Positions 27,662 through 36,637 of a DNA stretch of 64,000 nucleotides are shown here, piece by piece. The notes beneath the pieces were generated by a model, which was not told the DNA's origin, did not search any database, and was given only the letters and a program-made list of their open reading frames with translations. Made by a program: the position numbers and the translations under genes. Each line of letters begins with the position of its first letter. Within the stretch, counting starts at the first letter, position 1. Source of the stretch: Elusimicrobiota bacterium (GTDB lineage Bacteria > Elusimicrobiota > Elusimicrobia > UBA1565). The DNA lies in contig JBDRPD010000083.1 of assembly GCA_043827405.1 (NCBI GenBank), positions 128,001 to 192,000 of the forward strand. The letters run 5' to 3'.

Positions 27662-29071
27662 ATGCCGACCGATACGCTGCAAGTACCGCCGCAGGCCATT
27701 GATGCCGAAAAAGCCGTTCTCGGCTCGATGCTCATCGAAGGCGAGGCGGTCGAAAAGTCTATCGAGCTCCTCGAAGAGAAGCAGTTCTACAAGGATTCCC
27801 ACCGCAAGGTCTTTCACGCCGCCGTCAACCTGTTCGAGCAGGGGCGGGCGGTCGATATCGTTACCGTCGGCGAAGAGCTTAAAAAGCTGAAGTGGATCGG
27901 TGAAATCGGCGGCACAACCTATCTTTCCGAGCTCGTTGCGCATGTCGCGACCGCGGCGCACGTCGAGCATTATGCCCGCATCGTGCGCGATAAGGCCGTC
28001 CTGCGCGAGTTGATCCGGGTCTGCACCGGCATCGTCGGCGAGTGCTACGGCGAGATCAAGAAGCCGGGCGACCTGCTCGACGACGTGCAGGGTCGCGTGC
28101 TGGCGGTGGCCCAGAAGCAGGCCACCACCTCGTTCGCGGATATCAAGACTCTCTCGCACGAGGCCATCAAGGATATCGAGCGCCAGCATCAGAACAAGAA
28201 TGCGGTCACCGGCGTGTCTACCGGCCTGGCCGAGTTTGACAAGATCACCGCCGGATTTCAGAAGGGCGACCTGATTCTGATCGCCGCCCGCCCGAGCCAG
28301 GGAAAGACCGCTTTGGCCCTCAATATCGCCGGGCAGGCGGTCCTGCGCAAGGACGGTCCGACGCCCACCGCCGTATTCTCCCTCGAGATGTCCAAGCATG
28401 CGATCATGACGCGCTTTATTTCGACGCAGGCGGGCGTCGACCTGCACAAGGTCCGCACTGGTTTTTTCCCGCGCAATCGTTGGACGGATTTGACCAATGC
28501 CGCGGCGCGCTTCTCGGAAGCGCCGCTCTACATCGACGACACGTCGGTCCTGTCCGTGCTCGAGCTGCGCTCGCGGGCGCGCCGGCTGGCGTCCGAGCTG
28601 CAGTCGCAGGGCAGGGAGCTGGGGCTGATTGTGATCGACTACCTGCAGCTGATGCGGGGTTCCAGCCGCCGCAGCGAAAGCCGGCAGCAGGAAGTGTCCG
28701 ATATCTCCCGCGGCCTCAAGGGGCTGGCCCGCGACCTGAACATCCCCGTGGTCGCGCTGTCGCAGCTTTCCCGGCGCACCGAGGAGAAAGGGCGCAGCGA
28801 CGCCCGCCCGCAGCTGTCGGACCTGCGGGACTCCGGGGCGTTGGAACAGGACGCCGATCTTGTGGCATTCATCTACCGCGAAGGCTACTACAAGCCGCAG
28901 GACCCGGATCCCGAGCTGCAGCGCAAGGCTGAGATTATCGTCGCCAAGCAGCGCAACGGCCCCACCGGCATTATCCACGCCGTATTCGATCGGAACATCA
29001 CGCGCTTCAGTGATGTGGCCTCCGTTGCCGAACCTGAAGGCGAGGAAGAGGTCCAGGTCGTATTTTCGTGA
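27662..29071 (+). CDS. dnaB: Replicative DNA helicase (no intein)
   Basis: PPQAIDAEKAVLG, AARPSQGKT, IDYLQLM, LSQLSR, DLRDSGALEQDAD. Confidence 0.97.
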   Translation: MPTDTLQVPPQAIDAEKAVLGSMLIEGEAVEKSIELLEEKQFYKDSHRKVFHAAVNLFEQGRAVDIVTVGEELKKLKWIGEIGGTTYLSELVAHVATAAHVEHYARIVRDKAVLRELIRVCTGIVGECYGEIKKPGDLLDDVQGRVLAVAQKQATTSFADIKTLSHEAIKDIERQHQNKNAVTGVSTGLAEFDKITAGFQKGDLILIAARPSQGKTALALNIAGQAVLRKDGPTPTAVFSLEMSKHAIMTRFISTQAGVDLHKVRTGFFPRNRWTDLTNAAARFSEAPLYIDDTSVLSVLELRSRARRLASELQSQGRELGLIVIDYLQLMRGSSRRSESRQQEVSDISRGLKGLARDLNIPVVALSQLSRRTEEKGRSDARPQLSDLRDSGALEQDADLVAFIYREGYYKPQDPDPELQRKAEIIVAKQRNGPTGIIHAVFDRNITRFSDVASVAEPEGEEEVQVVFS

Positions 29072-30237
29072 CCGCGGGGCGCCGTCCCGTGGTCGAGTTC
29101 CCCCGGTTGTACCGCCCCACCTGGGCCGAGGTCGACCTCGGCGTCATTCTGGCCAATCTGAGAAAGCTGAAGCGCCGCGTCCGCGGCGCCGAGCTGCTGC
29201 TGGTGGTCAAAGCGAACGGCTACGGGCATGGAGCGGTGGAGGTCGCGCGCGCGGCGGAACAAGCCGGGCTGGTTCGCGGCTTCGGGGTGTCGTCGGTGGA
29301 GGAGGGTATCGCCCTGCGCGAGGCCGGCATCCGGCGCTCCATTCTGATCCTTGGCTCGCTCTATCCATTCGAGAGCACCATGGCGGCGATCCGTTACGGC
29401 CTGACGCCCACGGTCGCGTCGCTTGAAGGCGCGCGCCTGATCGAGCAGGCGGCGGAATCGATGGAGCGTCTGCATGCGGACGGGACCCAGGCCCTGCCGT
29501 TGAGCTGTCACTTGAAGATCGATACCGGTATGAGCCGGGTCGGCGTGCGTTGGCCCGCGGGCCGCGAGGTCGTCGATTACCTGGAGCGCGCTCCCGGCGT
29601 GCGGCTGGAGGGGGTGTTTACGCATTTGGCCTGCGCCGAGAACGACGTCCCGGCGACCCGCCGACAGCTCCGGCAGTTCCGGGCGGCGGTGCGGGAGATC
29701 GAGCGGCGGGGACGAAAGATTCCCTGCCGGCATGCCGCGAACTCCGCGGCGGCGATGCGCTTTCCGGAGAGCCGCTGGGATATGATCCGGCCGGGGCTGG
29801 CCGCTTACGGTTTGTATCCCGGCTTCGCGCCGGCGCTTAGCCTGAAAACGCGGATCGTCTTCCTAAAAAGCGTTCCGCGGGCGACGCCCGTCAGCTACGG
29901 TGCGTTGTACCGGACCAGGCGCAAATCCCGGATCGCGACTTTGCCCATCGGCTACGGCGACGGACTGCCGCGGCTGATCTCGCTGGCGCGGCGCGGCCGG
30001 CCCGGCGTGCTGCTGAAAGGAAGACGCTGCCCGATCGTGGGCGCCATCACCATGGATATGACCATGGTCGATGTTTCCGGCGTTCCGGACGCCGCGGTGG
30101 GTGATGAGATCGTTCTGATCGGACGTCAGGGCCGCGCGATGGTGTCCGCCGGCGACTTGGCGCAGGCCGCTCAAACCATTCCCTACGAGATTGTTACCGG
30201 CCTGCAGCCCCGGCTCCCTCGGATATATATCCGTTAG
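29068..30237 (+). CDS. alr: Alanine racemase
   Basis: PLP lysine motif VVKANGYGHG, HLKIDTGMSR, ANSA, IGYGDG, ITMD, TIPYE. Confidence 0.95.
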   Translation: MTAGRRPVVEFPRLYRPTWAEVDLGVILANLRKLKRRVRGAELLLVVKANGYGHGAVEVARAAEQAGLVRGFGVSSVEEGIALREAGIRRSILILGSLYPFESTMAAIRYGLTPTVASLEGARLIEQAAESMERLHADGTQALPLSCHLKIDTGMSRVGVRWPAGREVVDYLERAPGVRLEGVFTHLACAENDVPATRRQLRQFRAAVREIERRGRKIPCRHAANSAAAMRFPESRWDMIRPGLAAYGLYPGFAPALSLKTRIVFLKSVPRATPVSYGALYRTRRKSRIATLPIGYGDGLPRLISLARRGRPGVLLKGRRCPIVGAITMDMTMVDVSGVPDAAVGDEIVLIGRQGRAMVSAGDLAQAAQTIPYEIVTGLQPRLPRIYIR

Positions 30238-30363
30238 CCGTCTTGTGCGCTGTCGCGGCGCCGAGATGGAAAACGTATAAAAAACATATACTTTTCTTCC
30301 TTTTCGCTTATTAAGGAAAATGGTAACATTGGAAAAGACCGCGCAGCATGCTGTGTGCATCAC

Positions 30364-31110
30364 ATGAGAGCCTTCGCACTTTCCCTGGTTTTTGTTTTCG
30401 CTCCCTGCCTCTGGGCGTCCGCTGCCGCCTCGGATGCCGCCGCGCCGGCGGAGGACGCGGAATTCGGCGACTTTGAGGACGAATTCGGCGGCGCGGCGGA
30501 GGCAAAGAAGGTCTTCGATCCGCTGCGGGGCTACAATCGCTTCATGTTCAAGGTGAACGACAAGTTCTATTATTATTTGCTGCGGCCCCTGGCGCTGCAT
30601 TACCGTTTCGCCGTTCCGAAGCAGGCGCGCACCGCGGTCAGCAAGTCCTTCCATAACCTGTACTTCCCGGTACGCTTCGTCAATACGCTGCTGCAGCTGA
30701 AATTCAAGAAGGCCGGGATGGAGTTCGGCCGTTTTGTCGTAAACTCCAGCGTCGGCGTCGGGGGCCTGTTTGATCCCGCGGGCCGCTACCTGAAATGGCG
30801 CCCCAGCGACGAGGATTTCGGCCAGACTCTCGGCCATTACGGCATGGGCGGCGGCTTCCCGGTGGTCCTGCCCCTGCTCGGCCCCAGCAATGTGCGCGAC
30901 GGCCTGGCGCTGGCGCCGGACGCTCTGCTCAACCCCCTGTCTTATGCCGTCGAGCTGCCGATGAGCGTCGCCGCCAGGGCGGGGGAAAAATTCAACTATG
31001 CGTCGCTCCATCTCGGGGAGTATGAGAGCGTGAAAAAAGATGCGCTCGATCCGTATACTTTCCTCCGTGACGCCTACGAGCAGAATCGCGACAAGAAAAT
31101 TCAGGAGTAG
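30364..31110 (+). CDS. mlaA: MlaA/VacJ-family lipid asymmetry protein
   Basis: DPLRGYNRFMFKVND, GVGGLFDPA, EDFGQTLGHYG, VLPLLGPSNVRD. Confidence 0.9.
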   Translation: MRAFALSLVFVFAPCLWASAAASDAAAPAEDAEFGDFEDEFGGAAEAKKVFDPLRGYNRFMFKVNDKFYYYLLRPLALHYRFAVPKQARTAVSKSFHNLYFPVRFVNTLLQLKFKKAGMEFGRFVVNSSVGVGGLFDPAGRYLKWRPSDEDFGQTLGHYGMGGGFPVVLPLLGPSNVRDGLALAPDALLNPLSYAVELPMSVAARAGEKFNYASLHLGEYESVKKDALDPYTFLRDAYEQNRDKKIQE

Positions 31111-31113
31111 CCC

Positions 31114-31752
31114 ATGAACAAGATGATATTCGCCGTGCTCGCTCTTTTGCTGCTGTGCCCGCCGGTTTTCGCCGACGAAGAGCTGCAGAAGGTCTCCGTT
31201 CTCGTCGAGACTTCCGCCAACAAGATCTTGGCGGCGCTCAAGGACAAGACGCTCGAGCGCGAAGCCAAGCGCAAGCCGGTCATGGCGGAAGTCGACCGGC
31301 TTTTCGACATGGAGCGCATGGCGAAGCTGGTGCTGGGACCGACAAATTGGAAGCGGTTCGACGAGAAGCAGCGCGCGCAGTTTACGGAGCTGTTTGTCCG
31401 GCTGCTGAAGGATTCCTATTTTGAGAAGGTCGACCTCCTGTCGGACGAGAAGATCGAGTTCGGCAAGCCCGCGTGGGAGGAGAAGAAGATCCATATGTCG
31501 GCCTTCATCCTGTCGAAGGACAAGCGCTACGAGATGATTTACAAGCTGTACAAGAAGGGCAGCGGCTGGAAGGCCTACGACGTCGAGATCGAGGGGATCA
31601 GCGTGGTGCGGTCCTACCGGTCGCAGTACGAACAGTTTCTCAGGGACGGCACGCCCCAGGAGCTGCTGGTCAAGATGAAGGAGAAGTCCCTGGCGGCGCC
31701 CGCAGCTTTTCAGAAAAAGGACGGCGATAAGCCGCAGGAGAAAAAACCCTGA
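31114..31752 (+). CDS. mlaC: MlaC/Ttg2D periplasmic lipid-binding protein
   Basis: FDMERMAKLVLG..W, WKAYDVEIEGISVVRSYRSQY. Confidence 0.9.
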   Translation: MNKMIFAVLALLLLCPPVFADEELQKVSVLVETSANKILAALKDKTLEREAKRKPVMAEVDRLFDMERMAKLVLGPTNWKRFDEKQRAQFTELFVRLLKDSYFEKVDLLSDEKIEFGKPAWEEKKIHMSAFILSKDKRYEMIYKLYKKGSGWKAYDVEIEGISVVRSYRSQYEQFLRDGTPQELLVKMKEKSLAAPAAFQKKDGDKPQEKKP

Positions 31753-34235
31753 TCTCCATCTACGAATCCATCGTCCTGCAGCGCGCGAAGGCCGTGCTCC
31801 TCGTGCTGTTGGCCTGCCTTACCTTTTTCGCCTACTGGATCAAGGACTTCAGGCTCGACGCTTCCAGCGACTCGCTGGTTCTCGAGCACGACGACGATAT
31901 CCGCTACTATCGCGAGATCAACGTCCGTTATGAGAGCGGCGATTCCGTCGTTATTACCTATGCGCCCGAGGCGGATCTTTTCTCCGATCAGTCGCTCGCC
32001 CGGCTGACGGCGCTGCGCGACGAGCTGCGCGCTTTCAAGAGCGTGAGCTCGGTCGTTACCCTCCTGGACGTTCCGCTGCTGAAGAATCCTCCGGGGCTGC
32101 TCAATGAGCTCAAGGATAATATTAAGACGCTCGAGTCGCCGGGCGCCGACCGGCGGCTCGCGATTGCTGAATTTCGCGACAGTCCGATCTACAGCAATAT
32201 GCTCGTCAGCCCGGATCTGAAGACGACCGTGCTGCAGGTTAACTTTCAGTCCGACAACGACCACGAGAAGCTCCTGATCCGCCGCTCGGAGCTCCTCGAA
32301 AAGAAGTTGGCCGGGCCCCTGCCCGAGGCCGAGCGCGAAGAGCTGGCGCGCATCGAGTTGGAGCACCGGCTGTTCAAGGACCAGCGGCGGGCGCAGCGCC
32401 ATGAGGATATCGCCCGCATTCGCGGCGTTATCAAGCGCTACGGCGCCGACGCCCGGTTGTTCCTCGGCGGAGTGCCGATGATCGTCGACGATATACTGTC
32501 GTTTATCCGCAGCGACCTCAAGATTTTCGGAGCGGGGATGCTCGGCTTCCTGGTGCTGGCGCTAAGCGTCATCTTCCGCAAGCCGCGCTGGGTGTTTTTG
32601 CCGATGCTCTGCTGCGCCGCCTCGACCCTCTCGATGATGGGACTGCTGGGCCTGCTGCGCTGGGACGTGACGGTCGTCTCCTCGAACTTCATCTCCCTGC
32701 AGCTCATCTTCACCATGTCTTTGGCGATCCATATCGTCGTGCGCTACCGGGAACTGCTTAAGATCAGCCCGGACGCCGCCAACCGCCGGCTGATCTCCGA
32801 TGCCGTCGCGTCCACCTTCATTCCCTGTCTCTATGCGGTTCTGACGACGATCGCGGGCTTTACTTCTCTGGTCGTCTGCGACATCCTGCCCGTCGTCAAT
32901 TTCGGCTGGATGATGACGCTGGGCCTGGTCGTTTCGCTGCTCGTCACGTTTCTGCTGCTGCCCGCCTGTCTGGTCCTGATGCCGAAGCATGCGGCCGCAA
33001 CGGAAAAGGATTTCGGCCTCCCCCTGACGGCCTTCTTCGCCGGTTTAACGGAGAGATACGGGCGGGCGATACTCGTGGTGAGCGGCTGTGTGGCGGTGGC
33101 GGTCGTCGCCGGCATTATGCGGCTGGAAGTGGAAAACAGCTTCATCGATTATTTTAAGGAGTCGACCGACATCTACCAAGGGATGCGGTTCATCGACCGG
33201 GAGCTCGGCGGAACGACGCCGCTCGACATCATGCTCGATTTCTCGAAGGAGGAGCCGGCTGAAAAGACGGCGCCGGCGGCGGGCGCTGAGGATGAGGACT
33301 TCGACGATTTCGGGGAGTTCGAGGAAGCGGAGAAGGACCCGTCGAAGTACTGGTATACGAAATCCAAGCTCCAACGCATCAGCGAAGTGCACGACTATCT
33401 CGACGGCTTGCCGGCGACCGGCAAAGTCCTGTCTTTGGCGACGCTGTGGAGGACGGCCGGCGAACTTAATCAGGGGCGGGAGTTTGATAACTTTACGCTG
33501 GCCATCCTGTTCGGACAGATGCCGGATCAGTTCAAGGGCGCACTGGTGACCCCGTACGTCTCGCTCGAGAACAGCCAGGCGCGCCTGACCACGCGCATTA
33601 AGGACTCGATGAAAGATCTTCGCCGCGACGCCCTGATCAAGAAGATCAAGTCGGACCTCGTCAATGTATACGGCCTTAAGGAGAGTGAGTTTCGCGTTAC
33701 GGGCCTGATGGTGCTCTACAATAATATGCTGCAGAGCCTGTTCCGCTCCCAGATTCAGACCATCGGGCTAACGGTCCTGGCGCTGACGCTGATGTTCCTG
33801 GTCCTGTTCCGCTCGCTCAAGATCGCGCTCATCGCGATCTTCCCCAACCTGCTCGCCTCGATGACGGTGCTGGGTGTTATGGGGCTCGCCGGGCTGCCCT
33901 TGGACGTGATGACGATCACGATCTCGGCCATCAGCGTCGGCATTGCCGTGGATAATACCATCCACTACCTGCACCGCTTTCGGCGCGAGATCACTAAGGA
34001 CTGGGACTACCTGCAAACCATGCACCGCTGCCACGCCAGCATCGGTCACGCCATGTACTATACGTCGCTGACGATTACGATCGGCTTCTCGATCCTGTCG
34101 ATGTCCAATTTCATCCCGACGATCCTGTTCGGCCTGCTGACGGCGCTGGCGATGGTGATGGCGCTGGCCGCCTCGCTGAGCCTGCTGCCCCGGCTCCTGA
34201 TCATCTTCCGGCCGTTCGGTACGGGCAAGAGCTGA
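31749..34235 (+). CDS. MMPL/RND-family lipid exporter (probable CTG start at 31749; first GTG at 31794)
   Basis: Two-repeat MMPL architecture; LTTIAGF, GGTTPLDI, GIAVDNTIH. Confidence 0.88.
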   Translation: MISIYESIVLQRAKAVLLVLLACLTFFAYWIKDFRLDASSDSLVLEHDDDIRYYREINVRYESGDSVVITYAPEADLFSDQSLARLTALRDELRAFKSVSSVVTLLDVPLLKNPPGLLNELKDNIKTLESPGADRRLAIAEFRDSPIYSNMLVSPDLKTTVLQVNFQSDNDHEKLLIRRSELLEKKLAGPLPEAEREELARIELEHRLFKDQRRAQRHEDIARIRGVIKRYGADARLFLGGVPMIVDDILSFIRSDLKIFGAGMLGFLVLALSVIFRKPRWVFLPMLCCAASTLSMMGLLGLLRWDVTVVSSNFISLQLIFTMSLAIHIVVRYRELLKISPDAANRRLISDAVASTFIPCLYAVLTTIAGFTSLVVCDILPVVNFGWMMTLGLVVSLLVTFLLLPACLVLMPKHAAATEKDFGLPLTAFFAGLTERYGRAILVVSGCVAVAVVAGIMRLEVENSFIDYFKESTDIYQGMRFIDRELGGTTPLDIMLDFSKEEPAEKTAPAAGAEDEDFDDFGEFEEAEKDPSKYWYTKSKLQRISEVHDYLDGLPATGKVLSLATLWRTAGELNQGREFDNFTLAILFGQMPDQFKGALVTPYVSLENSQARLTTRIKDSMKDLRRDALIKKIKSDLVNVYGLKESEFRVTGLMVLYNNMLQSLFRSQIQTIGLTVLALTLMFLVLFRSLKIALIAIFPNLLASMTVLGVMGLAGLPLDVMTITISAISVGIAVDNTIHYLHRFRREITKDWDYLQTMHRCHASIGHAMYYTSLTITIGFSILSMSNFIPTILFGLLTALAMVMALAASLSLLPRLLIIFRPFGTGKS

Positions 34236-34239
34236 AGTT

Positions 34240-35628
34240 ATGCCGAAGCTGAAATCCATCTATATCTGCCAGGAGTGCGGCCAGTCCACGACCAAGTGGG
34301 CGGGCCAGTGTCCGGCCTGCCGCGCCTGGAATACTTTGGTCGAGGAGGTCGTCGAAGAGCGGCCCGCCGCGGCGGTCAAGAGCGCGCCGCGGCCGCTGAC
34401 GGACTTCACTTCCGAAACGGTCCCCCTGGCCGATGTCCAGGCGGCGGAGGCCGCGCGGACGCCGACGCGCCTGAGCGAGCTGGACCGCCTGCTGGGCGGC
34501 GGGCTGGTGCCCGGACACGTGCTGCTTCTCGCCGGAGCCCCCGGGATCGGGAAATCCACTTTGATGCTGCACGCCGCCGGCAGCCTGGCGGCCGCGGGCA
34601 AGGTCCTTTATGTCAGCGGCGAGGAGTCTCTCAGCCAGGTCAGCGGCCGCGCCAAGCGGCTGGGCCTGCGGGGCGAAGGCATCTACCTGCTGGCGGAGAC
34701 CGATCTGGTGAAGATTTTGGACGCGATCCGCAAGCATGAGCCGCGCTTTATCGTTATCGATTCGGTGCAGACCGTCTATCATCCCGAGCTGGGGGGCGGC
34801 CCGGGCTCGGTCGGACAGGTGCGCGAGTGCGCCGCCGAGCTCCTGCGGGCGGTCAAGCAGCGGGACGCGGCGCTGTTTCTGCTGGGGCATGTCACCAAGG
34901 AGGGCAGCGTCGCCGGGCCCAAGGTCCTTGAGCATATCGTCGACACGGTCCTGCAGTTCGACACCGAAAAGCATCATCAGCTGCGCGTGCTGCGGGCGCA
35001 GAAGAACCGCTTCGGACCGACCTCCGAGATCGGAATCTTCGAGATGCGCGAGGACGGGCTGCATGGGGTAACCGATGCCTCGGCCTTTTTTATTGAGGAA
35101 CTCGACCGGGCCCCGGTACCCGGGCGCGCGATCTCGGTGGCGGTTGAGGGCTCCCGGCCGATGCTCGTCGAAGTACAGGCGCTGGTGTCGCCGACCCGCT
35201 ATCCCTTGCCGCGGCGCATGGCGACCGGTATCGACGTCAACCGCGTGCTGGTGCTGGTAGCGGCGCTGGAGAAGCATCTGGCGGTGCGCTTTGAGAATCA
35301 GGATATCTTCGTGAACCTGGCCGGCGGGGTGCGGCTGCGCGATCCCGCGATTGATTTGGCGGTGTGCCTGGCGCTTGTTTCCTCGGCGCGCGAGGCCGCG
35401 CTGCCGTCGGATCAGGTCTATATCGGCGAGGTCGGCTTGCTGGGCGGCCTCGGCCGGGTCGCTTTTCTTACCGAGCGGCTGCAGGCGGCCGAGCGCGTCG
35501 GCTTTAAGAGCGCGGTCATCCCCAGCCGGTCGCGCAAGGACCTCGCCGGCGGCAAAAGAAAGCTGCGGCTCGTCCTGCAGGAAGCCGACGACATGGTCGC
35601 CGCTGTCGGCCGGGTACTAAAAATATGA
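34240..35628 (+). CDS. radA: DNA repair protein RadA/Sms
   Basis: CQECG...CPAC zinc finger, GAPGIGKSTL, KNRFG. Confidence 0.96.
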   Translation: MPKLKSIYICQECGQSTTKWAGQCPACRAWNTLVEEVVEERPAAAVKSAPRPLTDFTSETVPLADVQAAEAARTPTRLSELDRLLGGGLVPGHVLLLAGAPGIGKSTLMLHAAGSLAAAGKVLYVSGEESLSQVSGRAKRLGLRGEGIYLLAETDLVKILDAIRKHEPRFIVIDSVQTVYHPELGGGPGSVGQVRECAAELLRAVKQRDAALFLLGHVTKEGSVAGPKVLEHIVDTVLQFDTEKHHQLRVLRAQKNRFGPTSEIGIFEMREDGLHGVTDASAFFIEELDRAPVPGRAISVAVEGSRPMLVEVQALVSPTRYPLPRRMATGIDVNRVLVLVAALEKHLAVRFENQDIFVNLAGGVRLRDPAIDLAVCLALVSSAREAALPSDQVYIGEVGLLGGLGRVAFLTERLQAAERVGFKSAVIPSRSRKDLAGGKRKLRLVLQEADDMVAAVGRVLKI

Positions 35629-35638
35629 GGGAGTCATT

Positions 35639-36637
35639 ATGATTACATGGCTGTATCGAGTAATGGTTTTGGTCGGCTGTCCCGCTCTCGTCTACTTTCA
35701 GATCGCCAAAGACCCGCGGGCGGTGCTTATCGGGCTCGGCGTCGGCGTCGTCCTCGTGGTGTTTGAGCTGCTGCTTGAGAAGATCAGTCTTATTACCTTG
35801 GTTTCCGGCGTTCTCGGCGCGAGCGCGGGGCTCATTATGGCGAAGCTCGCCGACTATACGGCCTTCCAGGTCGGCGACGAGGCCTTTTATCATGCCTGGG
35901 GCAAGTATTCCGCGCTGCGCTACTTCGCCTTCGGCATCCTCGGCATGTTCGTGACCATCCGCAAGATCCTGCCTGAGATCGATACCCTGGACAAGGATAT
36001 TCTGGCGATTTCCAAGCGCCGGGGATCCAATATGAAGGTCCTCGATACCAGCGCCATTATCGACGGCCGGGTCGTGGATATCTGCGAGACCCATTTTATC
36101 GGCGGCTCGCTGATCGTTCCGCGCTTTGTCCTTAACGCGCTGCAGCACATGGCGGACTCCGGCGACAGCATGAAGCGCGCGCGCGGCCGGCGCGGACTCG
36201 ACATCCTGGCGCGCCTGCAGGAGAACCCGGAAATCCCGCTCAAGATCATCGACAAGGACGTCCCCGAGATCGAGGACACGGACGCCAAGGTCGTGCGGCT
36301 GGCCAAGCAGCTCGGCGGCAAGGTTTTTACGACGGACTTCAATCTCAATAAGATCGCGTCTCTGGAGGGCGTGCAGGTCCTCAACGTCAACGACCTGACC
36401 AACGCGCTCAAGCCGGTGGTGCTGCCGGGCGAGAAGATGTCGCTGTTTGTCATGAAAGAGGGCAAGGAGCGCAGCCAGGGGGTCGGCTATCTCGACGACG
36501 GAACCATGGTGGTCGTCGAAGACGGCAAGTCGTATATCGGCGAACGCATCGATCTTGTGGTTACTTCCATCCTGCAGACTTCGCAGGGCCGGATGATATT
36601 CGGCAAGTTCCAGGAGCCCGAACAGGAGCCGGCCTAG
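35639..36637 (+). CDS. Membrane-anchored PIN/TRAM-domain protein (YacL-like)
   Basis: N-terminal TMs; LDTSAIIDGR, RGRRGLDIL, QGVGYLDDGTMVVVE; follows radA. Confidence 0.92.
   Translation: MITWLYRVMVLVGCPALVYFQIAKDPRAVLIGLGVGVVLVVFELLLEKISLITLVSGVLGASAGLIMAKLADYTAFQVGDEAFYHAWGKYSALRYFAFGILGMFVTIRKILPEIDTLDKDILAISKRRGSNMKVLDTSAIIDGRVVDICETHFIGGSLIVPRFVLNALQHMADSGDSMKRARGRRGLDILARLQENPEIPLKIIDKDVPEIEDTDAKVVRLAKQLGGKVFTTDFNLNKIASLEGVQVLNVNDLTNALKPVVLPGEKMSLFVMKEGKERSQGVGYLDDGTMVVVEDGKSYIGERIDLVVTSILQTSQGRMIFGKFQEPEQEPA

Noticed and set aside
27662..29071. Intein in dnaB or radA
   Set aside because: Both proteins are normal length with contiguous motifs
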